A stretch of 64,000 nucleotides of DNA from Gammaproteobacteria bacterium (GTDB lineage Bacteria > Pseudomonadota > Gammaproteobacteria > UBA4575): NCBI GenBank assembly GCA_965223115.1, contig OZ244982.1:378577-442576 (forward strand), given 5' to 3'. A program made the translations under genes and the position numbers. Below, piece after piece: positions 30,468-39,731 of this stretch. Numbering within the stretch: position 1 is the first letter of the stretch; each line of letters begins with the position of its first letter. The notes below the pieces were generated by a model. The model was not told where the DNA came from, did not search any database, and saw only the letters and a program-made list of their open reading frames with translations.

Positions 30468-31341
30468 TACACAATGTGGTTTTGTCGCCATTGTGGGGCG
30501 TGCAAATGTGGGTAAATCTACTTTATTTAATAAATTACTTGGTGAACAATTATCTATCGCTACTCACAAACCACAAACAACACGTCATAATATTCGAGGG
30601 GTTTTAAGTTTAGAAAACTGTCAAATTATATTAGTAGATACTCCAGGGATTCAGTTGGGGAATAAACGCCTGATGAGTAAAGTTTTAGTGCAAAATGCAA
30701 TCACAGCTTTACAAGACGTTGATGTAATAGTGATGATGATAGAGTTGGATATTTGGAATGATGAAGATGATTATCTTTTAAGGCAAATAAAACAAGTGAA
30801 TACACCTGTAGTATTGGTAGTAAATAAAATCGACAAACTAAAACAAAAGTCTCAGTTGCTGCCAATATTGGATAGTGTGAGACAGCGCCATGAATTCGCA
30901 AATATTATCCCTTTTTCTGCCTTGTATGATACAGATACAAATGTTCTCATTAATGAGTTAAAGAAATATTGTCCTGAATCCGAATTTTTGTTTCCTAGAG
31001 ATGTTAAGTGGGATCGCGATGATACTTTTATAATTGCAGAAATGGTGCGGGGAGTGGCTATGTTGCAATTGCAAAAAGAATTGCCCTATGCAATTTACAC
31101 AGAAGTGGAGCAACTCGACTTTGATGACGGGTTGTTAACAATTAGTGTGATTATTTGGGTAGAAAAAGAAAGCCAAAAGTCAATTATCATTGGTAAAAAA
31201 GGATCGAAGTTGAAAAGTATTGGTGAACGTGCAAGAAAAAGGCTAGAGAAAATATTTAATATGAAAGTTATGCTTAAGACTTGGGTTAAGGTTAAACAGA
31301 ATTGGCAAGATCAACAAAATATTGTTGCTCAATTTGAATAG
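30457..31341 (+). CDS. era: GTPase Era
   Basis: CGFVAIVGRANVGKSTLFNKLLG (G1), DTPG (G3), NKID (G4), C-terminal KH domain. The start is placed at ATG 30457 (MISDTQCGF..), which overlaps rnc by 11 nt. The longer track ORF is an artefact. Confidence 0.93.
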   Translation: MISDTQCGFVAIVGRANVGKSTLFNKLLGEQLSIATHKPQTTRHNIRGVLSLENCQIILVDTPGIQLGNKRLMSKVLVQNAITALQDVDVIVMMIELDIWNDEDDYLLRQIKQVNTPVVLVVNKIDKLKQKSQLLPILDSVRQRHEFANIIPFSALYDTDTNVLINELKKYCPESEFLFPRDVKWDRDDTFIIAEMVRGVAMLQLQKELPYAIYTEVEQLDFDDGLLTISVIIWVEKESQKSIIIGKKGSKLKSIGERARKRLEKIFNMKVMLKTWVKVKQNWQDQQNIVAQFE

Positions 31342-31357
31342 TAAGTAATAGCCATAG

Positions 31358-32056
31358 ATGAGAGTTCAGTTACAGCAAGCCTATTGTATCCATAGCCGCT
31401 CGTATCGCGAGACCAGTCAAATCATAGAAATGCTAACACCTGAGCACGGCTTGGTTTCTTGTGTAATGAGGGGTTCAAAAAAGAAGAGTGGTGTTGCAGG
31501 GTTAATTTTTACACCTTTGCTTATTTCTTGGAGTGGTAAAGGGGGGCTTTTCACACTAACAGATATTGAAGCTACAGGGAAAAAGCATATCAGTTCCCCT
31601 GGTGTATATATTCTGGGTATGTATTTAAATGAATTAATTCTACGTTTATTGCCAAAATTATCACCTAGTGGTGAGGTGTTTAGTCTTTATAGAAATATTG
31701 TTGATACACTTGATAGTGGTGATAAACAAGAAAAGTTACTACGTTTGTTTGAAATTGAATTACTTAGTCTTGTTGGTCATGGTCTCTCTTTAGATAAAGA
31801 AAATGATCATGAAACTCCAATTCAAAAAGATAAAGTCTATCGCTATGATGTAGGAGTTGGACCTATAAGAGTGCAGCATAAAAGTACAGCATGGAACGTC
31901 ATTACAGGTGCTACGCTGCTTGGATTACAGTCTCCTCTGAATATGGATACATCATGTCTACCGGAAGCTAAAAAATTTATGCGTGGAATAATTAATTGGC
32001 ATCTTGATAACCGGGTTTTGCACAGCCGAGAAATTTTACAATTTATACAAGCGTAA
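31358..32056 (+). CDS. recO: DNA repair protein RecO
   Basis: N-terminal A..IHSRSYRETSQI.E.LT.EHG....V.RG..K pattern and era-recO-pdxJ synteny. Confidence 0.85.
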   Translation: MRVQLQQAYCIHSRSYRETSQIIEMLTPEHGLVSCVMRGSKKKSGVAGLIFTPLLISWSGKGGLFTLTDIEATGKKHISSPGVYILGMYLNELILRLLPKLSPSGEVFSLYRNIVDTLDSGDKQEKLLRLFEIELLSLVGHGLSLDKENDHETPIQKDKVYRYDVGVGPIRVQHKSTAWNVITGATLLGLQSPLNMDTSCLPEAKKFMRGIINWHLDNRVLHSREILQFIQA

Positions 32057-32096
32057 TTGTTACAATTCGCTTTTGATATTCATTAGTAGATTAGAT

Positions 32097-32831
32097 ATGT
32101 CCGTACAAACTAAAGTAAGGCTAGGCGTAAATCTTGATCATGTTATGACAATTCGTCAGGCGCGCTTCACTCCATATCCTGATTTAGAAAAAGCTATTGA
32201 ATTGTCTGAACGTGCAGGTGCAGATGGTATCACTATGCACTTACGCGAAGATCGTCGTCATATTCAAGATGAAGATGTATATCTCGCTAAACAAGTAATA
32301 CAAAGTAGTATGAATTTAGAGATGGCGGCCACAGAAGAGATGCGTGATATTGCATTAGATGTAAAACCAGAAAACTGTTGTATTGTTCCTGAAAAAAGAC
32401 AGGAACTTACAACTGAGGGTGGCTTGGATGTAATTAAACATAAGGATCGTATGACAGATTTAATTTCTGCATTGAGTGCAGGAGGTATTGCTGTTTCACT
32501 TTTCATTGAGCCTGATGAAAAAGTGATTGATGCCTCGGCAGAAGTAGGTGCGTCTGTAATTGAGTTGCATACAGGAACCTATGCAAGTACTCAAGGTGGA
32601 ATACAACAGCAAGAACTTACTCGTATTAAAACCGCTGTAAAACATGCGACTGCGTTGGGGTTGGTAGTTAATGCTGGTCATGGTCTGCATTATGAAAATG
32701 TAGGATCAATAGCAAGTATTGAAAACATCTATGAGCTTAATATTGGTCATTCTATTGTTGCGCATGCCTTATATGTGGGTCTAGAAGAAGCGGTTAGAAA
32801 AATGAAAAGTGCAATGGAAGTAGCAAATTAA
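32097..32831 (+). CDS. pdxJ: Pyridoxine 5'-phosphate synthase
   Basis: LGVNLDH..T.RQAR, GITMHLREDRRHI.D.DV, MNLEMA.TEEM, PEKR.ELTTEGGLDV, NAGHGL.Y.NV, ELNIGH. The start is placed at ATG 32097 by homology. Confidence 0.95.
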   Translation: MSVQTKVRLGVNLDHVMTIRQARFTPYPDLEKAIELSERAGADGITMHLREDRRHIQDEDVYLAKQVIQSSMNLEMAATEEMRDIALDVKPENCCIVPEKRQELTTEGGLDVIKHKDRMTDLISALSAGGIAVSLFIEPDEKVIDASAEVGASVIELHTGTYASTQGGIQQQELTRIKTAVKHATALGLVVNAGHGLHYENVGSIASIENIYELNIGHSIVAHALYVGLEEAVRKMKSAMEVAN

Positions 32832-32832
32832 T

Positions 32833-33219
32833 ATGAGACTAATTGGTACAGGAATCGATATCGTCGAAGTTGCACGTATAGAAAAGACCTATACTCGCTA
32901 TGAAAATAAATTTACATCAAAAATTTTGCATGATAAAGAATTAGTGGAATTGAGTAATGCACCCGATGTCTTAGCTTTTATAGCCAAACGATTTGCTGTT
33001 AAAGAAGCTTTTGTTAAGGCATTAGGTACAGGTATACGTGGTGAAGTGAATTGGCGTAGTATGTATGTTGAACATAATAATAATGGCAAGCCACTGTTGA
33101 TGTTTACATCAGAATTTGCAAAAGAAATAGATGCGGATAAATTAGAGGTGCATATCAGCATTTCAGATGAAAAAAATTATGCTGTCGCACATGCATTAAT
33201 TGTAGAAAAAGAGAAATAA
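32833..33219 (+). CDS. acpS: Holo-[acyl-carrier-protein] synthase
   Basis: GIDIVEV.RI, RFA.KEA..KALGTG and S.SDE...A.A patterns. Confidence 0.9.
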   Translation: MRLIGTGIDIVEVARIEKTYTRYENKFTSKILHDKELVELSNAPDVLAFIAKRFAVKEAFVKALGTGIRGEVNWRSMYVEHNNNGKPLLMFTSEFAKEIDADKLEVHISISDEKNYAVAHALIVEKEK

Positions 33220-33222
33220 GCT

Positions 33223-34116
33223 ATGAATATTCCTACTATTGAAGAGTTTGTTGGTAATACTCCTTTAGTACGTTTGCAAAGACTTCCAGGGAAAACTACT
33301 AATTTAGTATTGGGAAAACTAGAAGGAAATAACCCTGCTGGTTCTGTAAAAGATCGTCCAGCTTTATGTATGATCGTTGAAGCAGAAAAGCGTGGCGAAA
33401 TTAAACCAGGTGATAATTTAGTTGAAGCTACCAGTGGTAATACAGGTATTGCGCTTGCAATGGTAGCTGCCATGAAGGGTTATAATTTAAAGCTCATTAT
33501 GCCTGAAAATATGAGTTTGGAACGCCGTGCTTCAATGCAAGCTTTTGGTGCAGAGTTAATTTTAGTTACTGCTGAAGAAGGTATGGAGGGTGCACGCGAT
33601 TTAGCTTTACAAATGGAAGCTGAAGGCAAAGGCAAAGTGCTGGATCAATTTGCTAATCCAGATAATCCCTTATCACATTATAAGACCACTGGGCCTGAAA
33701 TATGGAAAGACACAGAAGGTAAAGTCACACACTTTGTTAGCTCAATGGGTACCACAGGCACCATTATGGGAACTTCACAGTACTTAAAAGAAAAGAACCC
33801 TGATATCCAAATTATTGGTGTAGAGCCTTCCGAAGGTTCCAAGATTCCTGGTATTCGAAAATGGCCACAGGAATATATACCTTCTATATTTGATGCCAGC
33901 GCGGTTGATGAAGTTATAGAAGTTACACAACAAGAATCTGAAGATATGATGCGCAGCTTGGGAAAAGAAGAAGGGATTTTTTGTGGTGTGTCTTCAGGTG
34001 GTGCGATGGTTGCGGCATTGAAATTATCGCAACAAGTGGAAAATGCAGTAATTGTAAGCATTGTGTGTGATCGAGGTGATCGCTATTTGTCTACAGGCCT
34101 ATTTGCAGTTGAATAA
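33223..34116 (+). CDS. cysM: Cysteine synthase B
   Basis: Long identities with E. coli CysM (GNTPLV.LQR, KLEGNNPAGSVKDRPAL.MIVEAEKRGEIKPGD.L.EATSGNTGIALAM, THFVSSMGTTGTI.G, GIFCGVSSGGA, CDRGDRYLSTG.F). Confidence 0.93.
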   Translation: MNIPTIEEFVGNTPLVRLQRLPGKTTNLVLGKLEGNNPAGSVKDRPALCMIVEAEKRGEIKPGDNLVEATSGNTGIALAMVAAMKGYNLKLIMPENMSLERRASMQAFGAELILVTAEEGMEGARDLALQMEAEGKGKVLDQFANPDNPLSHYKTTGPEIWKDTEGKVTHFVSSMGTTGTIMGTSQYLKEKNPDIQIIGVEPSEGSKIPGIRKWPQEYIPSIFDASAVDEVIEVTQQESEDMMRSLGKEEGIFCGVSSGGAMVAALKLSQQVENAVIVSIVCDRGDRYLSTGLFAVE

Positions 34117-34121
34117 TTAAT

Positions 34122-34889
34122 ATGAATGTGCTCGTTTTTGATATTGAAACAGTTCCAGACGTGGAGTCGGGTAAGAAAATCTATGATCTTGAAGGATTGG
34201 AAGATAAGGATGTAATAAAAGCCATAGAGCATCTACGTAATCAGCAGACCGGTAGTGAATTTATGCCGCATTATATGCAACGCATAGTCGCAATTTCTGC
34301 AGTATTAAGTACCTATGATTCATTTAAGGTTTGGTCATTAGGCACAGAAGAGTCTTCTGAAAAAGAATTGTTACAGCGCTTCTACGATGGCTTGGAAAAG
34401 TACAACCCAACGATTGTTTCATGGAATGGGGGTGGTTTTGATTTGCCTGTGATGCACTTCCGTTCTTTATTGCATGGGGTTAATGCGCATCACTACTGGC
34501 AAATTGGAGATGAAGATACAAGTTTTCGCTATAATAACTATATAGGTCGTTTCCATTGGAGACATATCGATCTTATGGATGTATTAGCGGGTTATCAAAT
34601 GCGAGCATCAGCTAAGCTAGACCACATTGCAACGATGTTAGGCTTTCCAGGTAAGTTAGGCATGGATGGCAGTAAAGTTTGCGAAACTTATATGCAGGGT
34701 GATCTGAAATCGATACGTAACTATTGTGAAACTGACGTGTTAAATACTTATTTGGTTTATCTGCGATTTGAATTAATGCGGGGTAAGCTCTATAAAGATG
34801 AGTATGAAAAAAAATGTAAGCAAATTAAAAGTTATTTATCTGAGTCTTGTGAAGAACATTTATTGGAATTTTTAAAAGCTTGGCACTAA
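34122..34889 (+). CDS. Predicted 3'-5' exonuclease (RNase H-fold, PolB-exonuclease-like stand-alone domain)
   Basis: VFDIETVPD (ExoI DxE), SWNG..FD.P (ExoII), Y...D (ExoIII-like YCETDV). Confidence 0.6.
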   Translation: MNVLVFDIETVPDVESGKKIYDLEGLEDKDVIKAIEHLRNQQTGSEFMPHYMQRIVAISAVLSTYDSFKVWSLGTEESSEKELLQRFYDGLEKYNPTIVSWNGGGFDLPVMHFRSLLHGVNAHHYWQIGDEDTSFRYNNYIGRFHWRHIDLMDVLAGYQMRASAKLDHIATMLGFPGKLGMDGSKVCETYMQGDLKSIRNYCETDVLNTYLVYLRFELMRGKLYKDEYEKKCKQIKSYLSESCEEHLLEFLKAWH

Positions 34890-34946
34890 ATGATAGTTAT
34901 TATTTGCTGCTGGTTTTTAAACAGAAATTTATTAATAGATACATTT

Positions 34947-34976
34947 TAAAAGGGCATTGTATATAATGCCCTTTTA
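34947..34976. terminator. Bidirectional terminator hairpin between convergent genes
   Basis: TAAAAGGGCATT-GTATAT-AATGCCCTTTTA, a perfect 12-bp stem flanked by T/A runs. Confidence 0.7.
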
Positions 34977-35026
34977 AATATTTGCATACTTCTGGTAATG
35001 ATAACTAAGTTATTTAAATTTATTAT

Positions 35027-35554
35027 TTATTCAGAAGTTAATGCGCCACCGACTTTAGCTGAAATCATTCCGAGGATTGCACCAACTACCAGTGAAATTA
35101 CAATAACAATTAATGCATTGTTAAAGTTAACTGAAGTTAATGCACTTGTTGAAAATGCACTAGGTGTTTGAAGAGCTAAGCTTGCAACACTCGCATAGCC
35201 TAAAACACTTGCAGGAATAGCTGAAAAGAACTCGATTTTTGCTAGTAAGCACATAACCAAAACGGTAACACCAATAACGATTCCAGCCCAGATGGGCAAA
35301 GTTAATGCATCCGCTAATGGAATTCCTAATATTATTAGTAATGCAATCCACGCAAGAACTGCTCCGAGAATGCTGCATACAATAGTGTTTTGTAATGCCT
35401 TGCCGTCTCCGCCAATCGCAAAAAAGCACGCCCATGCAATGAATACAGCCCAAATTAACACTATTCCAGATAACGGGCCTAAGCATAATGCGGCTGCAAT
35501 GCCACCTAAAACACCTATACTAATTGATAATGCTACGTGACTTGTCATAATCAT
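35027..35554 (-). CDS. Polytopic inner-membrane protein (DUF1097/YcdZ-like)
   Basis: About 5-6 hydrophobic helices rich in Gly/Ala. The family call is from memory of YcdZ-like proteins only. Confidence 0.5.
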   Translation of the reverse strand: MIMTSHVALSISIGVLGGIAAALCLGPLSGIVLIWAVFIAWACFFAIGGDGKALQNTIVCSILGAVLAWIALLIILGIPLADALTLPIWAGIVIGVTVLVMCLLAKIEFFSAIPASVLGYASVASLALQTPSAFSTSALTSVNFNNALIVIVISLVVGAILGMISAKVGGALTSE

Positions 35555-35844
35555 TTCCTCCTAATCTACTGTGATACTTATTAATTGTTATTTTTATTAT
35601 TTAGTTATCATTTAGATGTAGACGAATGCCTTTCGTCAAAATGAACTTTATCACGGTATGTGAATAATTTATGTTTGATTGAGAGGTATTTCACACTTTA
35701 AGTTGAAGATAGGGCCTCTAAACTGCTTGGAAACTTAAAAACAGGTTAATTTTTACTGTGAATAGTAATAGTTGATATGCTCTGTAGCATGTATATATAA
35801 ATTAACTAAATGATCATTATTCGTTAAAAGCAGGCATTTCTAAT

Positions 35845-36168
35845 GTGAGCAGAATTACACCAATAGGGATAATGCTTTTATCTTTTGCGCTTGCCTGGCT
35901 GTTATATATTCTTGGATACATTTTTTCACCCATGGTACAACAAGTAATAATTTTATCTGATGGTCCTTTCGGATTAGAGCGTGCTTCTAAAATATTACTG
36001 TGGGGAGCTGGGGTATGTTTTATTTCGGGTCTAATTTCGGCTGGAGGTGTTATGCAAAAAAACTACTCTAACTGGACTAGCTCAATATCTATCGGAATGT
36101 TGATGATTGCTTTGTTAGCTTCTGCAGGATCTATATCATTATATTTTTTTACTCCTCTGTGTTGCTAA
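35845..36168 (+). CDS. Hypothetical small membrane protein
   Basis: GTG-start ORF with about 3 hydrophobic segments and no recognisable motif. Confidence 0.4.
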   Translation: MSRITPIGIMLLSFALAWLLYILGYIFSPMVQQVIILSDGPFGLERASKILLWGAGVCFISGLISAGGVMQKNYSNWTSSISIGMLMIALLASAGSISLYFFTPLCC

Positions 36169-36220
36169 AAAACATGCAAAGTTAGAGATAGTCTAGTTTT
36201 CAAAGTGGGCACAAGATTTA

Positions 36221-36490
36221 ATGATATATAGAAAAATAAGGACCAAAGGCAAAAAAGTTAACAGATTAGTTGTAGATGCTGCAAAGCTTAATATGGGTAA
36301 CACATACGATGTGGCGTCTGAATATTGTTATGATATTGAGTTTGTTTGCATCGATTGTGGCATTACTCAAATATGGACAGCCTCACAACAAAAGTGGTGG
36401 CATGAAGAGGCAGGGGGTTATTTTTTCTCAAAAGCTATTCGTTGTCGAGAATGTAGAACAAAAGAACGTGAGCGAATTAAACATGCTTGA
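36221..36490 (+). CDS. Zinc-ribbon protein (zf-trcl-like CxxC...CxxC domain)
   Basis: C.DCG....W.A..Q.WW.E......F....RC.ECR..ER resembles the 'probable zinc-ribbon' family pattern CxxCG..F.....Q..Y........P.RC..CR. Confidence 0.5.
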   Translation: MIYRKIRTKGKKVNRLVVDAAKLNMGNTYDVASEYCYDIEFVCIDCGITQIWTASQQKWWHEEAGGYFFSKAIRCRECRTKERERIKHA

Positions 36491-36801
36491 ATTCATGCTG
36501 GGCTCAAAAAAGTTTTGATGAATGAATGCTAGCAACCCAAAGCAGTTATAAGCATTTAATAATTTAATAAAAATTGTAGCAATAAGTATGTTGAAATGTA
36601 TCAAGCATGCCAAAATATGCATCTCCTTAATATTTCCTGATAGCTGATTGTCGATTGATTTAGATTATTCACCCCAACAAGCTCAGATTCTGTTTGTATA
36701 ATTTGTGTAGTAAACCAATGTCTAAATATTGAATTAATTATTGTTTAGATAAATAAAGCGAAAACTGAGCTGAATCAAACAAATGACTTTAAAGGGCTTG
36801 T

Positions 36802-36833
36802 AGCCTTTTATATATCTGGATATATAAAAGGCT
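36802..36833. promoter_or_regulatory. Perfect palindrome AGCCTTTTATATAT-CTGG-ATATATAAAAGGCT immediately upstream of the three-gene cassette
   Basis: Read directly from the sequence. It has 14-bp arms and a 4-nt spacer, and ends 9 nt before GTG 36843. No upstream gene is positioned to use it as a terminator. Confidence 0.5.
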
Positions 36834-36842
36834 AGGGTTAAC

Positions 36843-37448
36843 GTGAGTGAAAAAAGCAGGCATCTGATCGAGCTAAATCTTGAACAGCCAATTTGGGATA
36901 GATTTTTCAGTGTTTATCCACTGGTTGTTATTGGTACTAAAGAACCGGATGGCACGAGTGATCTGGCTCCTAAACATTTAGCAATCCCAGTAAGTTGGGA
37001 TAATTATTTTGGATTTGTGTGTACACCAAAGCATAGCACTTATCAAAATATTGTTAGGACTAGGGAATTTACAGTTACCTATGCGAGACCTACTCAAGTA
37101 GTACTTGCAACTCTTGCGGCAACTCCAAGATGCGAAGATGGTAGTAAACCAATTGTTAAGCAATTACCTACGATTCCGGCTAAAGAAGTTGATGCAGTGT
37201 TAATGAAAGATGGCTATCTATTTTTAGAATGTAATTTACATGAAATCTACGATGACTTTGGTGCCAATAGTTTAATCACAGGCCGCATTCTGTCTGCACG
37301 GATAGCTAATGATGCCCTGCGTGTTGCAGATGGAGATGATCAACAATTAGTAAAACAAGCACCGTTATTGGCATTTTTATATCCTAATCGGTTTGCTGAA
37401 ATTGATAAAACTCAAACCATACCATTGCCTAGAGGATTTAAAAGATGA
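36843..37448 (+). CDS. Flavin reductase-like (FMN-binding split-barrel) domain protein
   Basis: The general PF01613-like layout (..P.VVIGTKE.DG...LAP.......S........V.......T..NI..T.EFTV....) is recalled only at pattern level. GTG start; the stop overlaps the next gene (ATGA). Confidence 0.5.
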   Translation: MSEKSRHLIELNLEQPIWDRFFSVYPLVVIGTKEPDGTSDLAPKHLAIPVSWDNYFGFVCTPKHSTYQNIVRTREFTVTYARPTQVVLATLAATPRCEDGSKPIVKQLPTIPAKEVDAVLMKDGYLFLECNLHEIYDDFGANSLITGRILSARIANDALRVADGDDQQLVKQAPLLAFLYPNRFAEIDKTQTIPLPRGFKR

Positions 37449-38620
37449 ACAGGTCGTCTGCTACGGCAGACATTCAGGTATATCTCATCGAACGGCAGGC
37501 AGCGATGATAAATTTGTTATCCGAGCTGGTTGCCATCGAATCCCCTTCCGATAACGCTGTTGCACAACAACCCATATTGCAGCGTTTAAAAAGTGAATTT
37601 GAAGAACTCAACTATAAAGTTCGAATTATTCCTGGCCAACGTTCGGGTGGTCATTTATATGGCAGATCTGTTACACGTGCGGCTATGACTAAATTGCAAT
37701 TATTACTTGGTCACTGTGACACTGTATGGCCAATTGGAACTTTAGCTACTATGCCTTTGCAAACAAAAGATGGAATGATGCGTGGGCCAGGCATCTATGA
37801 TATGAAGGCAGGGCTTGTAGAAATGATCTTTGCTTTAAAGGCATTGAAAGAACTGAAACTACAGCCTGAAGTTAGTCCAATCATTTTTATTAATTCTGAC
37901 GAAGAAATCGGAAGTCGTGAGTCAACTCGTTATATAAAACGCCTAGCACAACTTGTAGATCGTGCGCTAGTGTTAGAACCTTCATTGGGGCCAACAGGAA
38001 AAATAAAAACTACGCGCAAGGGTGTGGGTCGTTTTACTATAAAAGTAAAAGGTAAGGCTGCCCATGCAGGACTTGACCCTAATGCTGGGGCAAGTGCAAT
38101 TTTAGAACTATCGCATCTTATTCAAAAACTTTTTGCATTAAATAATCCTGATCAGGGAGTATCCGTAAATGTGGGGGTAATTGATGGTGGGACCCGTGCA
38201 AACGTTATAGCTCCAGAAAGTAGTGCTGTAATTGATGTACGTGTTGAAACACAGTCCGATGGCCTACGTGTTGAGAATGCTATTCGCGCATTGCAACCCG
38301 AAGACACGAATGTGACTCTCAAAATTGAAGGAGGGATTGGTAGGCCGCCAATGGAGCGAACAGAGGCCAATCAGCAATTATGGATGTTGGCGACTGACCT
38401 TGCGAGCTCACTTGGTATTCATTTAGAGCAAGGCACAGCTGGAGGCGGGTCCGATGGTAATACTACCAGCCTTTATACCGCAACGCTTGATGGTTTAGGC
38501 GCTGTAGGTGATGGCGCGCATGCAGCCCATGAATTTATTTATACAGATCAACTTCCAGAGCGTTGTGCACTATTAACCACCATGCTGCTGGCACCACCAC
38601 TCTGCATCCAGAAGGAGTAA
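37445..38620 (+). CDS. M20-family metallopeptidase (carboxypeptidase G2 / glutamate carboxypeptidase-like)
   Basis: M20 motifs: LLLGHCDTVWP, RGPGIYDMKAG, NSDEEIGS, GGSDGN. A dimerisation-domain insert is present. Confidence 0.8.
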   Translation: MNRSSATADIQVYLIERQAAMINLLSELVAIESPSDNAVAQQPILQRLKSEFEELNYKVRIIPGQRSGGHLYGRSVTRAAMTKLQLLLGHCDTVWPIGTLATMPLQTKDGMMRGPGIYDMKAGLVEMIFALKALKELKLQPEVSPIIFINSDEEIGSRESTRYIKRLAQLVDRALVLEPSLGPTGKIKTTRKGVGRFTIKVKGKAAHAGLDPNAGASAILELSHLIQKLFALNNPDQGVSVNVGVIDGGTRANVIAPESSAVIDVRVETQSDGLRVENAIRALQPEDTNVTLKIEGGIGRPPMERTEANQQLWMLATDLASSLGIHLEQGTAGGGSDGNTTSLYTATLDGLGAVGDGAHAAHEFIYTDQLPERCALLTTMLLAPPLCIQKE

Positions 38621-38625
38621 CTCGT

Positions 38626-39645
38626 ATGGCTCACTATGTCTATACATCAGTAACACGTATCTCAGATCTTGCTGAACAGAGTTTTGAAGTGCAATCGATT
38701 AATCGTGTTAATTGGCATACTGGTGACTATGTCGTTGGGCGTGTATTGAGTACTGCGGGTGTAATGCACAATATTGAGTTACCCAGTGGTCGCATGATTG
38801 AAGTATTTGAGGATGATCTTGTTATTGGTGCATTTGGTGAACGCATGGCAACTCTAGAAGCCGTTGGTAGTTGGCAAGCAATTACGCATGATACGTTTCA
38901 TGCACTTACATCAGCAGGTTTGTTTGGCCAGCTAATTTCAAAATCTCCTTTTATGCCAGCATTGATGTCATTGCGTTACGTAGGTCATGTAACTCGTAAT
39001 GGTGAACAAGTTTGTATGGGTGACTTTACAAAAAATAATGTGAAACAAGATCTTATTGTACCAGTTATTTTAATCGTTGGTACTTCCATGTCTGCTGGTA
39101 AAACTACATCTGGACGCGTGATCATTCGTCTTTTAAAAAAACAAGGTATGCGAGTCGTCGCCGCTAAACTCACAGGTGCTGCTAGGTATAGGGATGTATT
39201 GAGTTATAAAGATGCTGGAGCTGATGCGATCTACGATTTTGTTGATGCGGGTTTGCCATCAACGGTGTGTGATAAAAAATTGTTTCAAAGTGCAATATCA
39301 AAGGTGTTGTCAGTAATTGCTAGTAACCAGCCGGACGTTGTAGTCGTTGAGGCTGGCGCTTCACCATTAGAGCCTTACAATGGTGACACTGCCATGGCAT
39401 TGCTTGAAGATCAAATTTGTTTCATGCTGTTATGCGCATCAGACCCATATGCAGTTATGGGAGTAGTTAGTGCGTTTGATCGTCAGCCGGACATTATCGC
39501 TGGAGGCGCAGCCAATACTAAAGCTGGTATTGAGCTGGTAAAGAAGCTAACAGGTTTGCCAGCACTTAATTTGATGGATCGTGCCAGCTATCCTGAGCTG
39601 CAACAGCGTTTAATGAAAGTCTTAAGTTACGGTACTAAAATATAA
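38626..39645 (+). CDS. P-loop protein resembling the DUF1611 family
   Basis: ILIVGTSMSAGKTTSG (Walker A-like, compare GTD...GK.TT in DUF1611), ..KLTGAA.., ..VVVVEAGASPLEPYNG. The start is set at ATG 38626 (AAGGAG 8 nt upstream); the longer track ORF overlaps the M20 gene. Confidence 0.45.
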   Translation: MAHYVYTSVTRISDLAEQSFEVQSINRVNWHTGDYVVGRVLSTAGVMHNIELPSGRMIEVFEDDLVIGAFGERMATLEAVGSWQAITHDTFHALTSAGLFGQLISKSPFMPALMSLRYVGHVTRNGEQVCMGDFTKNNVKQDLIVPVILIVGTSMSAGKTTSGRVIIRLLKKQGMRVVAAKLTGAARYRDVLSYKDAGADAIYDFVDAGLPSTVCDKKLFQSAISKVLSVIASNQPDVVVVEAGASPLEPYNGDTAMALLEDQICFMLLCASDPYAVMGVVSAFDRQPDIIAGGAANTKAGIELVKKLTGLPALNLMDRASYPELQQRLMKVLSYGTKI

Positions 39646-39731
39646 ATTGTTATTATAAGTTGAAAGGAATCAACAGATATTAGCATCATAGTATGCAGGT
39701 TAAATACAGGCTTCTAATAAATAAAAAATTA

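Noticed and set aside
36276-36518. 80-aa ORF overlapping the zinc-ribbon gene in another frame, and the 36428-36622 minus-strand ORF.
   Set aside because: They overlap the better-supported CxxC...CxxC ORF and have no motifs, so they are likely spurious.
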